A stretch of DNA of 64,000 nucleotides from positions 1,062 to 65,061 of the IMG/VR virus record IMGVR_UViG_3300045284_000214; one strand, written 5' to 3'. Below the pieces are notes generated by a model. It was not told the origin of the DNA. It searched no databases and saw only the letters and a list, made by a program, of their open reading frames with translations. Below, piece after piece: positions 10,073 through 20,270 of the stretch (position 1 is its first letter; each line of letters opens with the position of its first letter). The position numbers and the translations under genes were made by a program. This stretch comes from a virus. Taxonomy: Duplodnaviria; Caudoviricetes.

Positions 10073-10713
10073 TGATTGCAGCGCTCTACGTGGCTAAAAA
10101 CGGAAGCTATATCGACCTGCCTGATGTTGACCCGTGGACTGAGGCTCGTGATGCACGTCTCTATGCTGGTCCACACCCGGTCATCGCTCATCCGCCGTGT
10201 CAGCGTTGGGGAAAGATGTGGTTTGGGTCCCCTTTCGCCGTCAAACGAACAGGTATTCGTAAAATCAAGGGAGATGATGGTGGCTGTTTCGCTGCGGCGC
10301 TTGCTTCAGTAAGAAAATGGGGAGGCGTTCTGGAGCATCCACATGGAAGCCACGCTTGGGCACACTTCGGTCTTAACAAGCCGCCACGGCAGGGCGGCTG
10401 GATAGCTGCCGATTTCGAAGGCGGCTGGACTTGTTGCGTTGAACAGGGGCGCTATGGCCACTATGCACGCAAGCCGACATGGCTTGTCGCCTATCATTGC
10501 GAGTTGCCAGAACTCGACTGGGGTGAGAGTGAGCCGAATTATGATCCAGAGATCGTTGCGCGGGTGGGATTGCAGCGAGCCAAGCGCCTTGGCGAGGTTT
10601 GCGGAAGGGGTGGAGGCGTGGACAGCAAGCCGAGAATTTCGACGCCAGAACCATTCCGTGACTTACTTCTGTCGGTTGTCCGCACGGCAAACGCCTCGGA
10701 ACTGGCTGCTTGA
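10072..10713 (+). CDS. C5-cytosine methyltransferase-like protein (no clear motif I)
   Basis: VIAHPPCQ (motif IV-like), GVLEHP (motif VI-like), Q..YGH.ARKPTWL (motif VIII-like). Confidence 0.6.
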   Translation: MIAALYVAKNGSYIDLPDVDPWTEARDARLYAGPHPVIAHPPCQRWGKMWFGSPFAVKRTGIRKIKGDDGGCFAAALASVRKWGGVLEHPHGSHAWAHFGLNKPPRQGGWIAADFEGGWTCCVEQGRYGHYARKPTWLVAYHCELPELDWGESEPNYDPEIVARVGLQRAKRLGEVCGRGGGVDSKPRISTPEPFRDLLLSVVRTANASELAA

Positions 10714-10779
10714 CAGCGAAATCAAAGCCCTATACCGATTGCTTTGCCTAGACGTTTAAACGAGGACGCTAAGTTAAGC

Positions 10780-11220
10780 ATGGCCCTACCCGGTCTCGCA
10801 TCCACGATGCCAGCGTCAGCCACTCCTCCCATGGCGGGCGCTGGTGGCGCTCCGCCGCAGAAGACCCCTCCCTTCGGTTCGTCACCCGCTGTGACCCCGA
10901 ATGCGAATCAGGGCTTTCAGGTAGCCGGGATGATGAAGGTCGGTACCGCGCTGAAGATTCTGACCGGCGCATTGAACGATTACGGCCCCACCTCCGAGGA
11001 GGGCCAAGGAATTCTGAAGGCGCTTACGTCGCTTTCAAAACTGGCCAAGCCGGGTTCTGTCAGCCCGGCGGGTGAAGCTAACCAGCTTCAGAAGGCTCAA
11101 CTGCAGAACGCGCAGAACAGCTCTCTGATGGCTGCCACGAAGCAGGGAATGGACCAGCAGCAGGCTGGTGGCCCCGGAGGCGCTCCACCGCCTCCCTCGC
11201 CGCCGCCCGGTGTCGGTTAA
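10780..11220 (+). CDS. Pro/Gln-rich head-module protein
   Basis: ATG 10780; located between portal and scaffold. Confidence 0.65.
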   Translation: MALPGLASTMPASATPPMAGAGGAPPQKTPPFGSSPAVTPNANQGFQVAGMMKVGTALKILTGALNDYGPTSEEGQGILKALTSLSKLAKPGSVSPAGEANQLQKAQLQNAQNSSLMAATKQGMDQQQAGGPGGAPPPPSPPPGVG

Positions 11221-11234
11221 CAAGGGAGAAGACA

Positions 11235-11402
11235 ATGGCTGTCGATATCTTCAAGAATTCCACGATGAAGCTGCCCAAGTCCGACAAGCAGATCGTGCGC
11301 GTAGACATGGAAGAGGACGAGCTTCAGGGCCGCAAGGACCATCTTCCGAACCAGGAGAAGTCCGACATCCTGAGCATTTCCCACGTCACCAGCCGGAAGT
11401 GA
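11235..11402 (+). CDS. small head-module protein (55 aa, not in the ORF track)
   Basis: AAGGGAG RBS, then MAVDIFKNSTMKLPKSDKQ...TSRK*; fills the gap exactly. Confidence 0.7.
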   Translation: MAVDIFKNSTMKLPKSDKQIVRVDMEEDELQGRKDHLPNQEKSDILSISHVTSRK

Positions 11403-11405
11403 TCC

Positions 11406-12002
11406 ATGCCCGTCGAGGTCGATGAACACCAGTTAGCCAATCTTCAGAACACCGCGAAGATTGTGCAGGGGTTGCTTCAGAACCCGAAGACCCGTGGCAA
11501 GGTGCTGGCCGCCTACAAGGAGGCCCATCCCAACGCCCACGTTCCCGAGATCGACTCCCAGGTTCCGGTGATGCAGCGCATCCAGGGCATCGAGAATGCC
11601 GTGGTGCAGTTCATCAACGAATCCAAGGCCCAGAACCAGCAGAAGGAAGTCGATCAGCAGATTTCCCGGCTCAAGGCCGACCAGGAGAAGGGTCGCAAGC
11701 TTCTGAAGGACAAGGGCTATACGCCAGAAGGCATCAAGGCTCTGGAAGAGTTCCGCGATACCAAGGGTCTTGTCGAATACGAGGATGCAGTTCGCCTCTA
11801 CGAACTCGACAACCCTCCGCCCCAGGTCAACGATCCATCTGGCCTCGGCGGCCACAACTTCTTCGAAGCCATCAAGCACGAAGCCGACCAGAACGATTTC
11901 CACAAGCATCTATTCGAGACCCAAGGCAACAACGATGCCGTGGTGGAACGTGAAGCCATGAATGCGATCAGAGAACTCAGGGGCGCGGGTTCGCGTCGGT
12001 AA
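11406..12002 (+). CDS. putative scaffolding protein
   Basis: Charged helical protein immediately upstream of the capsid gene. Confidence 0.6.
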   Translation: MPVEVDEHQLANLQNTAKIVQGLLQNPKTRGKVLAAYKEAHPNAHVPEIDSQVPVMQRIQGIENAVVQFINESKAQNQQKEVDQQISRLKADQEKGRKLLKDKGYTPEGIKALEEFRDTKGLVEYEDAVRLYELDNPPPQVNDPSGLGGHNFFEAIKHEADQNDFHKHLFETQGNNDAVVEREAMNAIRELRGAGSRR

Positions 12003-12019
12003 CTAGGAGATAGACCATC

Positions 12020-13069
12020 ATGCCGATCAGCGGTACCGGGGTTGTCCCGTCAGGGCAATTATATACTGAGTTGGCCGCCGTCACGAGACGGGCTTTTGTT
12101 CCTCAATTAGTTGTCCAGCTGTACTATGCCTCCCCGTCCCTCTTCTACATGATGGGCAATGCGCAGAAGGCGGCGGGCGGCCTCAATCAGGTCACCGTGC
12201 CTGTTCAGGGCCAATCCATGGTGCAGGGCAACTTCACCGGTTATGGTGGTGGTTTCCCGCAGCCCGTGGTCATCCCCGGCGTGCAGGACGGCCAATGGAA
12301 TCTGGCCTACTGGGTGGTTCCGATCCCGATCCCGTTCGGTGAGAGTGTGATCCAGTCCACCGAAGCGGTCATCCCGCTGCTCAAGGCCCGCATGAACGAC
12401 GCTTATGCGGTGACGAAGCAGAAGATGGCTTCGCTGCTCTACACCAACAACAGCGCCAACCCGCTGTATCCGGACAGTTTCCAGTCCGCGTTCGACAACG
12501 GCACCAACTTTGCCACCTACGGCGGCATCAACCGCACCACCACCGGCAATTCGTTCTGGCAGGGCCAGTACATCAATCTTGCCGCCACCCCCTACACCGG
12601 GTTCTCGATTGCCACGCTGGGCATGAGCAAGACCTCGATGTCCACGGTGCTGGCCAAGGTTACCGATACCGCAGGCGGCGAAAAGCCCACGGCGGTCATC
12701 ATGAACCCCGGCGATTACGCCACGCTGAACAACTCGATCACCGGCACCGAGAATGTCTTTGTCGATCCCAACAAGGAATACGGCGGTTCTTCGGCCTCGA
12801 TCCGGTCTGTGTTCACCAACATCTACATTGCTGGCGTTCCGATCTTCGCGGACCACTTCTGCCCGCAGGGAAGCATGTTCATCTTCAACGCCAAGTACAC
12901 CGCGATGTACCTGTCGGAGGATGCGGCATTCGACTTCTCCGGCTTCCAGAGCCTGATCCCGCTGAACCAGATCGGCCAGCAGGGCATCGTGGTCTGCGGC
13001 TATGATCTTCTCTCGACAAAACCGGTGTCAGGCGCTTGGGCGTATGGCATTGGCAACCCGGCCTTCTGA
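12020..13069 (+). CDS. major capsid protein
   Basis: 349 aa, AGGAG RBS, strong codon bias. Contains YGGINR...FWQ, 'KPTAVIMNPGDY' and 'IAGVPIFADHFCP.G.MF.FN' HK97-fold capsid motifs. Confidence 0.85.
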   Translation: MPISGTGVVPSGQLYTELAAVTRRAFVPQLVVQLYYASPSLFYMMGNAQKAAGGLNQVTVPVQGQSMVQGNFTGYGGGFPQPVVIPGVQDGQWNLAYWVVPIPIPFGESVIQSTEAVIPLLKARMNDAYAVTKQKMASLLYTNNSANPLYPDSFQSAFDNGTNFATYGGINRTTTGNSFWQGQYINLAATPYTGFSIATLGMSKTSMSTVLAKVTDTAGGEKPTAVIMNPGDYATLNNSITGTENVFVDPNKEYGGSSASIRSVFTNIYIAGVPIFADHFCPQGSMFIFNAKYTAMYLSEDAAFDFSGFQSLIPLNQIGQQGIVVCGYDLLSTKPVSGAWAYGIGNPAF

Positions 13070-13081
13070 GGAGCACCGACA

Positions 13082-14203
13082 ATGAGCGGAAGAATTTCAG
13101 GTTCCGGGGTAGGTCTCCAAATCCCCAGCTACTACTTTCCAACGGAGATCAATCCGGCCAACACGCCGCTTGATCTTGCCAGCGCCATTCAGGGCCTGTC
13201 TCCGGGGGATGCCATTGCGGTGCCCGCCGGTTCGTGGCTCCTGAACCCGGGTCCGTATTCGGTCATCCAGTTCATGGACCCCGTTACCCAGGTCTGGCGC
13301 GGGCTTAGTTCTGCTCTGGTCAAGACCGTCCCGGTCATCAGCGATGGTTTCAACTATCGGGTTGCCAACCTGACCGGTTGCCCGGTTACGGCGGTGGTCA
13401 CCACGGGCGGCTCCGGCTACGTTCAGGCCTCCACCACGGTCACCTCGTCCTCGGGTGGCTCGACGTGGCGCGCGGTCGTGGGCGGCATGTGCTCGATCTC
13501 GACCATCTCCAATGCGGGTTCTGGCTACGGCATCCCGCCGATGGTGTTCATTGCATCCCCGCCGGTAGGTGGCGTGCAGGCATCCGGTTATGCCACCATC
13601 CAGACCGGAACCGTGTCAGCAGTTACCTTGACCAACGTAGGCGGCGGATATGTAACCGCACCGACCGTAGTCATCGTCACCAGCCCCTACGATCCGAACT
13701 TCATCGCTGGATCGACCATCGTTCAGGCTGTTGCGGCCATTACGCTGGTGGGCTCCGGTTCGATTGCGGCCATCGTCTGCACCGACAACGGTGCCTCGAT
13801 TGCGGCAGCCCCGACCCTGACCATTGCCGGTGCCGGTACTTCCGGTGCGGCGACCGCGCTGCGGATGTCCACCTTCGTCTCGGCCACCGCTGCCTCGGCG
13901 GGGACGTGGACCGGTGGTGCCTACATGACCACGGTTGGTGGCGGTGCCGGTGCAACGGCCCAGTTCGCCAACCCGGCCATCGACGGTACGGCCTTCATTC
14001 CGCGACCGGCGCAGGTTCTGCTGTCGGGGGCGTCCTCGACCATTGCCAGCGTGGCCACGATCTACGATGGCGGCCTGTTCGTCAGCGCCCCGACCGTGGT
14101 GGTTGGTGCAGTCGGCGGCAACCTTACCCCGGCATCGGTGGTGACTGTCACCGCTACCTACGCTGGCGCGGCCGATACCTGCCTGTTGCAGCCAGCGCCA
14201 TAG
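13082..14203 (+). CDS. virion decoration/structural protein with G-x-GY repeats
   Basis: Follows the capsid gene; repeated 'GSGY..P.V.I' beta modules; G/A/T/S/V-rich. Confidence 0.65.
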   Translation: MSGRISGSGVGLQIPSYYFPTEINPANTPLDLASAIQGLSPGDAIAVPAGSWLLNPGPYSVIQFMDPVTQVWRGLSSALVKTVPVISDGFNYRVANLTGCPVTAVVTTGGSGYVQASTTVTSSSGGSTWRAVVGGMCSISTISNAGSGYGIPPMVFIASPPVGGVQASGYATIQTGTVSAVTLTNVGGGYVTAPTVVIVTSPYDPNFIAGSTIVQAVAAITLVGSGSIAAIVCTDNGASIAAAPTLTIAGAGTSGAATALRMSTFVSATAASAGTWTGGAYMTTVGGGAGATAQFANPAIDGTAFIPRPAQVLLSGASSTIASVATIYDGGLFVSAPTVVVGAVGGNLTPASVVTVTATYAGAADTCLLQPAP

Positions 14204-14288
14204 CTACTCCCAACGCAAGCCGTCATGCTTGTGAAACTCCGGCGGCATGGGTATCATCCTGTGCCGCCTTTTTCTTATCGGAGTCACG

Positions 14289-15023
14289 ATGCTCGATCAG
14301 TACGTTCTCCGTACCCAGCAGCTTTTGCAAGCGCCCGCCGCCCCGACTGAATTGTACGCGGAAGCAGACATCATCCAGTGGGTCAATCAGGGCCGTGGCC
14401 AGCTTGCCGGTGAAGGCAAGTGCATCCGGGCTATCGGCACGTTGCCAACCGTGATCGGGCAGCGGGCCTACAACTTCTCCAGCATCAACTTCGGCACCAG
14501 CGCCATTACCGGCATTGCAGGCGCAATCAATGTTCGCAGCATCCAGGTTGGCGTCGGGGATGGGCTGAAATGGATCAATGCCCGTGGCTGGACGTGGTTC
14601 AACTTCTACAACATGAGCAACGTGACGCCTCAGCAGGGTGAGCCTGCAGAGTGGTCCCAACTGGCTCAGGGCACCACAGGTTCATTCTACGTCGATCCCC
14701 CACCGGATACCGTTTATACGCTGTCCTGCGACTGTGTGTGCCAGCCTATCGATCTGGTGGATGACACTACGGTGGAGGCGCTGCCCTATCTGTGGACCGA
14801 TGCCGTGGCCTACTTTGCGGCCTATCTGGCCTTTCTGTCGGCGCAGTCTCCGGCTCGACAAAACGATGCAGCCCGCATGTTCGAGCACTACAGCACGTTC
14901 GTAGACCGGGCCCGTCAGTTCGCTACCCCGGATGTCAACTACACCATGTACCCACAATCAAAAGATCCAGCCCAGCTTGCCAAGCTCGGCCTGTCACCCA
15001 AGAGCGCCGCTGGAGGTGGCTAG
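14289..15023 (+). CDS. head-tail adaptor-like protein, paralogue A
   Basis: ATG 14289; 'WVNQGR..LA', 'FYVDPPPD.VY.L', 'LPYLWTDAVAYFAAYLA'. Confidence 0.65.
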   Translation: MLDQYVLRTQQLLQAPAAPTELYAEADIIQWVNQGRGQLAGEGKCIRAIGTLPTVIGQRAYNFSSINFGTSAITGIAGAINVRSIQVGVGDGLKWINARGWTWFNFYNMSNVTPQQGEPAEWSQLAQGTTGSFYVDPPPDTVYTLSCDCVCQPIDLVDDTTVEALPYLWTDAVAYFAAYLAFLSAQSPARQNDAARMFEHYSTFVDRARQFATPDVNYTMYPQSKDPAQLAKLGLSPKSAAGGG

Positions 15024-15655
15024 TGGCCGACGACGACTATCAGACCCAGCTAACACCGGAGGAGGAAGGCCAGTTCCAGACGTGGAAAGGCCAGAACATG
15101 CCGCTGGATTCCGGCGCTGACTACGACCAGCGCGGCGCGTTCAAGATGGGGCTAACGGCTGGGCCAAACGGGCACTGGCCTGACACCTTCAAGAAGCCGA
15201 ATCATCCTACCTTTAGCGACCAATCGATGTATTCTAGGTTTGCCCCTGAAAAGGCAGGACACTGGGAAGGCGAGACCTATATCCCGCCAGCAGGAGCTAA
15301 CCCAATGGCAGACGAGAAAGAGCCGAAGCCTCAGCCTCAAAGCAATGCAGCACCAGCCGGGGGCAGTCCTTCCGGCGCAACGGAAGGCCCTGCTGGGACA
15401 GTCTCCATCCCTGGTGGATTGGCACAGTTTTTGATCAAGTTCATGAAGTCCAACCCTGACATTGCCCGTGAGATATCCACCCGCATGAATGCGGTCATCC
15501 ATGGCCAGCAGCTTCAGGGCCTGAAGGCGGCTAGTGCTCCGGGACAGCCTCCACAGCCCATGGGAGCGGCTCCTCCGATGGGTGCAGCGCCACAGCCGAT
15601 GGCTGGCACCCCCGCTCCAATGAGGCCTCCGGGACTTCCTAATGGCGCTCAATGA
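15023..15655 (+). CDS. hypothetical virion-associated protein
   Basis: GTG 15023 after GGAGG; 'DYD.RG...GHWPDTFKKPNHPTFS' domain plus a P/A/Q-rich tail. Confidence 0.6.
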   Translation: MADDDYQTQLTPEEEGQFQTWKGQNMPLDSGADYDQRGAFKMGLTAGPNGHWPDTFKKPNHPTFSDQSMYSRFAPEKAGHWEGETYIPPAGANPMADEKEPKPQPQSNAAPAGGSPSGATEGPAGTVSIPGGLAQFLIKFMKSNPDIAREISTRMNAVIHGQQLQGLKAASAPGQPPQPMGAAPPMGAAPQPMAGTPAPMRPPGLPNGAQ

Positions 15656-16574
15656 ATATTTACGCCAGACACAACGCTTCCTGCGAGAAGCCAACCAGGA
15701 ACTGATCAATCCGGGTGACCTGATCGCTTACGTCAACCGTGGCCGTCGCGAGATTGCCATGCGGGCGCAGGCGATCCGCATCCTGACGCCGATCTCCGGC
15801 TCCATCATTCGCATCGATCTGACAGACGGCGGCACCGGTTATACCGACACGCCCACCATAGCGATCTCAGCCCCTGACTTTCCCTCCGGGGCCACGCCCT
15901 CGCCGCAGGGCGCGCAGGCCACAGCCTTGGCCATCGTCAACAATGGCGTCATTCAGGCCATCGACGTGCAGTTCGGCGGCTATGGCTATTTTCAGCCCAC
16001 TGTGACCATTACCGACGACACCGGCTCTGGAGCTGTCGCCACGGTCACGGAGATCACCTACATCAATCAAGTCTCACAGGGGCAGGAAGTCTATCCGTTC
16101 AGCATGGTCGATCTGTCAGCCTATCCGGGTGTTGAGAGCGTCTACTGGATCAGGAAGTGCTCGATCATCTTCTCGAACTCGCGCTACACCACCCGGGTCT
16201 ATTCATTCTCGACCTACAACGCCCAGATCAGGACTTATCCGTTCCAGTACCAGTACACGCCATTCTTCTGTGCCCAGTTTGGCAGAGGCACCAAGGGCTC
16301 ATTCTACATGTATCCACAGCCATCACAGGCCTACCAGCTTGAGTGGGACTGCCAGTGCCTGCCATCGGCCCTGATCGATGACAACAGCCCTGAGGCGCTC
16401 CCTGAGCCCTTTACGGATGCTGTGGCGTTCTATGCAGCTTTCATGGGGTATAACGAGCTGCAGAACTTCAATGCGGCTAACTACTATCTGGGGCTGTTTG
16501 ACCAATTTATGAAGCGATATCAACAATATACCCAGCCGGGCGGCTCCATCGATTCATACGGTGGACGCTGGTAG
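15642..16574 (+). CDS. head-tail adaptor-like protein, paralogue B, with inserted beta domain
   Basis: Aligns by eye with 14289-15023 at both ends; carries an internal GGTGY..TPT insert. Confidence 0.65.
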   Translation: MALNEYLRQTQRFLREANQELINPGDLIAYVNRGRREIAMRAQAIRILTPISGSIIRIDLTDGGTGYTDTPTIAISAPDFPSGATPSPQGAQATALAIVNNGVIQAIDVQFGGYGYFQPTVTITDDTGSGAVATVTEITYINQVSQGQEVYPFSMVDLSAYPGVESVYWIRKCSIIFSNSRYTTRVYSFSTYNAQIRTYPFQYQYTPFFCAQFGRGTKGSFYMYPQPSQAYQLEWDCQCLPSALIDDNSPEALPEPFTDAVAFYAAFMGYNELQNFNAANYYLGLFDQFMKRYQQYTQPGGSIDSYGGRW

Positions 16575-16582
16575 GTATCATA

Positions 16583-18169
16583 ATGCCAATCCGCTCCCGC
16601 CCCATCGAACCGGAAAAGCCGAATCCGTATCTCAATACGCCCATTCCTCCACTCATCATGGAGCAGTTTCAGGGCATCGACACCTATACGACGCGGCCCG
16701 GCGTTGACGACAAGCAGTGCTGGTGGATCGATGGGTTCATTTGCCTCAATGAGCGCAACCTGCGGACGCTCTACGGCCCGACGCTGTTCAAGACGTTTGA
16801 CGACCCGATTGCCTTTTTCGACTTTGCCAATATTGGGGCTGACCCGTTTGTCATTGTCATCCACAACAATGGCAAGGTGACGGCGGTTAACACCGCGACT
16901 GGGCTAACGACTGTCATTGCCCCGGCTGGAACCATCCAGAACCCGTCCGTGCTCAATACCGATGTTACCCAGTACGGCAGCCAGTACATCCTGATTATCA
17001 GCACCCAGACCAATGGATACTTCATCTGGGATGGCACCACGTTCTGGTTTCCGGGCGATGTTGCGCCGTTTGGCACAATGCCAACGGGTATCAGCGGCAC
17101 CGGAATCGAGACCTATCAGGGGCGTGTCTGGATCATAAACGGCGCAGACCTGACGTTCTCGGCGCCGGGCTCCGTAGTGCTGTTTGCCAGTGGCGGCGGT
17201 GGCAGTGTTACCTCGACCGACAGCTTCCTGCGTGTTCACTATACCGCACTGATCCAGACCAATGGCTTCCTGTACCTGATCGGGGATTCGTCCGTCAGCT
17301 ACATCTCGGGTGTCCAGACCTCTGGCTCACCGCCAGTCACGATCTTTACCCAGCTCAACGCTGACCCGGAAGTGGGCACCGCTTGGCCGCCCACGGTGAC
17401 GACCTTCGGCAGAAGCATTGTCTTTGCGAATGCCTTCGGGGCACACATCAATTATGGCGCTGCCGTCACCAAGATCAGCGATCCCTTGAACGGCGTCTAC
17501 AATACCGTTCCTATGTTTGGCGGCCTGATCCCGTCGTCGGCCAAGTCGATTCTGTTCGGCATCAAGGTTTGGATGCTGTTGCTGCCCATCATCGATCCCA
17601 TCACGGCCCAGCAGGTCAACAAGCTGATGATCTGGGACGGCAAGAAGTGGTTTGCCTCGGGGCAGGGCATTCCTCTGACCTACATCCAGCATCAGGAGAT
17701 CGACTCGATCCTGACGGCATGGGGGACGGACGGCACCAATCTCTATACCCTGTTTACCACCCCATCCAACAGCTACGAGAAGATCGTCCAGTCCAAGTTC
17801 TGGGACAAGCCGGTGGGCTATCAGGCCACCAAGACGGTGGGACGAGCCTACGGGATGGCTAAGTACTACAACTTCAACCATCCCAATGTGCTGCTCTATC
17901 TCGACAACGAGAATGGATCGGCAGGGCCTGTCACCTTGGTCCCGCCACAGGTTATCCCGGTGATCAATGCGGCTGGTCATGTCATCCCGACTGTGAATGC
18001 CATGGGGGAGGTGATCGTGGTTATCTCGTCATGGGATATCGCGCCCTATGCTGCACAGGCCATTGGCCAGCAAGGCAAAGTCATAGGCATGACCGCCAAG
18101 ACATTTGCCGAGGATATGTCTATAATATCGCTCATGTTCCAACCGGAAATCGCAAGGGTGGACGGATAA
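16583..18169 (+). CDS. tail nozzle / tubular protein B-like (beta-propeller)
   Basis: 528 aa beta-rich protein after the adaptors; 'YQGRVWI' and 'GFLYLIG' blade-like segments. Confidence 0.6.
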   Translation: MPIRSRPIEPEKPNPYLNTPIPPLIMEQFQGIDTYTTRPGVDDKQCWWIDGFICLNERNLRTLYGPTLFKTFDDPIAFFDFANIGADPFVIVIHNNGKVTAVNTATGLTTVIAPAGTIQNPSVLNTDVTQYGSQYILIISTQTNGYFIWDGTTFWFPGDVAPFGTMPTGISGTGIETYQGRVWIINGADLTFSAPGSVVLFASGGGGSVTSTDSFLRVHYTALIQTNGFLYLIGDSSVSYISGVQTSGSPPVTIFTQLNADPEVGTAWPPTVTTFGRSIVFANAFGAHINYGAAVTKISDPLNGVYNTVPMFGGLIPSSAKSILFGIKVWMLLLPIIDPITAQQVNKLMIWDGKKWFASGQGIPLTYIQHQEIDSILTAWGTDGTNLYTLFTTPSNSYEKIVQSKFWDKPVGYQATKTVGRAYGMAKYYNFNHPNVLLYLDNENGSAGPVTLVPPQVIPVINAAGHVIPTVNAMGEVIVVISSWDIAPYAAQAIGQQGKVIGMTAKTFAEDMSIISLMFQPEIARVDG

Positions 18170-19785
18170 TGGCTTGGCCTTTTGCATTCGCTAATGTTTC
18201 AACGCTGGCGACCCCGGCAATCGACGCGAACTTCAATGCGGTCGGGGCACTTACTCCTGTGCCGTGCCTTGTGGCGGGTACGGACTCTCTGACACTTACG
18301 CCATTGGCCTCGACCCCAACGGTTGCCGCTTACTCCAACTATATGCAATTCACCGGGATTGCAGTTAACACAAATACCTCGTCGGTGTCGGCCGTTGTTG
18401 GGACCGCCGGTCTTCTCCCTGTTTACAAGGACACTTCGGGTAGCCCTGCGCTCCTTACCGGTGGGGAAATCGTAGCGACCTGCGCTTTTGGCCTGCTGTA
18501 CGACTCGGCGTTGAACTCATCCAACGGCGGCTTCCACCTGATGCAGATCACCGGAGCCGGTGGTGGGGGCGGCGGGACGGATTACTTTGCGACCTCGGAG
18601 ACGCTGACGACCGGGGCTAGCCCTGTAGATATCGATCCGGCGGTGTTCCTGACGAAGATCGTTTCTGGGGGAACGGCAGGCATCGAGGTCGTGAACTTCC
18701 CTGACTATACCTTTACTCAAGCAGGCAAACCGCACCTCGTCATCTTCGACACCCAGACCGACCCTGCGGACGTAATTCATGTTACGGGCACCACCAACAT
18801 CATCGGCTCGCCCTATGGCCCCGGCGTAAAGCTCGGTGATTTCGGCAGCCAGTCCGCCATCTATAGTCCCACCTTGATGGCCATGGATGCTGTCAATCAG
18901 GGCTTCAACTTGACGTGGGGCAACAACGCATGGGTGATTACAGGGCTGGTTGATAATCCGACCATCACCTATGAGATGGCCTCCGAGGAGTTATGGGGGC
19001 CGCCCCCGCCTGACGGTCGCGTGCCGGGCATCCTGTTCCAGGATACTGATGGCACACTGAATATGGTAATGGACCCGACCAATCCTCAGTTCGAAATAAC
19101 CATCACTGCAAGCACAGACAGTCTAAACCCGGCGAGAATCCCGGGCGGAGTTCGCTCCGTTGTTATTAACTCTACCGGTTTGGGTGGCCCCGGATACATT
19201 CACTTTGACGGACCCGCGATTGTGCCGGATGATCTTGGTGCCACCAACATACAAAAGGTTGTGAGGGCCAACATTGTTGCCGGTGGTGATACCATCGTCA
19301 GCAACGACGGCTATATCCGGAACTGGTTTAACAGAAATACAGTAGTAACATTTTCATCTACCGGGGAAATTGCGGTTTGCCACTGGGACAATGTGTGGAT
19401 ATTGGAATCACAGACAAACTGTACCACGGTTCCGCTTGTCTGTGAGCCATTGCAGGGCATCAATGGAACAGCATATGCCAACAATGCCAACACGACGATA
19501 TCGATCCCTGCGGGTTATGTAATTGGAGGCATCACATTCTCCAACAGTGCGGCCCACGCAGTAACCGGAGGTGTAAAGATTGGCACGACTTCTGGAGCGG
19601 CGGATGTTGTTGCAGCGCAGCCTGTTGGTTCAAATGGCATCGGGAAAATACCTGATGCGTCACTTCTCTTGACCGGGTTCTCCAGTTCGGCAGACCAATT
19701 GCTCTACATCCAGCCCGTAACTTCGTGGAACGGAGCAGTTATATCTTTCTACTTTGTCCTGTTCCCAGCATTGGCATTATTCTGA
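18169..19785 (+). CDS. tail fibre/spike-like protein
   Basis: Coupled ATG 18169; N-terminal 'IDANF' anchor, poly-Gly linker, beta-rich distal domains. Confidence 0.6.
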   Translation: MAWPFAFANVSTLATPAIDANFNAVGALTPVPCLVAGTDSLTLTPLASTPTVAAYSNYMQFTGIAVNTNTSSVSAVVGTAGLLPVYKDTSGSPALLTGGEIVATCAFGLLYDSALNSSNGGFHLMQITGAGGGGGGTDYFATSETLTTGASPVDIDPAVFLTKIVSGGTAGIEVVNFPDYTFTQAGKPHLVIFDTQTDPADVIHVTGTTNIIGSPYGPGVKLGDFGSQSAIYSPTLMAMDAVNQGFNLTWGNNAWVITGLVDNPTITYEMASEELWGPPPPDGRVPGILFQDTDGTLNMVMDPTNPQFEITITASTDSLNPARIPGGVRSVVINSTGLGGPGYIHFDGPAIVPDDLGATNIQKVVRANIVAGGDTIVSNDGYIRNWFNRNTVVTFSSTGEIAVCHWDNVWILESQTNCTTVPLVCEPLQGINGTAYANNANTTISIPAGYVIGGITFSNSAAHAVTGGVKIGTTSGAADVVAAQPVGSNGIGKIPDASLLLTGFSSSADQLLYIQPVTSWNGAVISFYFVLFPALALF

Positions 19786-20123
19786 TGGCCCTGGCCGCAC
19801 TTACGAACGTCCCCAGCGACAAGGACGAGTTGGATATGTGGGGGTTCTGCCACATGGCCCATCACCGCGATATCAATGCGCGGATATTTGAGCTATTGAA
19901 CGTGCATCTGGACGAATACATTCTCGATCCCCTGAACCCGAACAATCCCGGCGGATGGGGCAACCAGCATCAGGCCATGCACAATCAGGTCAATCTGATA
20001 TTGGGTACATCGGGCTTCGACCTGACACAGCCAGATTGGAAAGACCCGTCCAATTTAGCGGGCTGGGTACAGAGTAACTCGCTGGAACATAGACAATGGG
20101 CTGATATCTTGGGGGTTGGCTGA
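19785..20123 (+). CDS. hypothetical His/Trp-rich tail-module protein
   Basis: Coupled ATG 19785; repeated W...H...H motifs. Confidence 0.6.
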   Translation: MALAALTNVPSDKDELDMWGFCHMAHHRDINARIFELLNVHLDEYILDPLNPNNPGGWGNQHQAMHNQVNLILGTSGFDLTQPDWKDPSNLAGWVQSNSLEHRQWADILGVG

Positions 20124-20270
20124 GATGATTGACAGGGATAGGCCACCTTCCCCGAGAAGTGGTTTCCGGTGGGAATATCGAGAAGGTTGCGATTGCAAGT
20201 CATGTCCATGGAAACCAAATTGTCGTGGACAAACATGGCCACATTGGATTCAAATCAAGGAAGAATGAAA

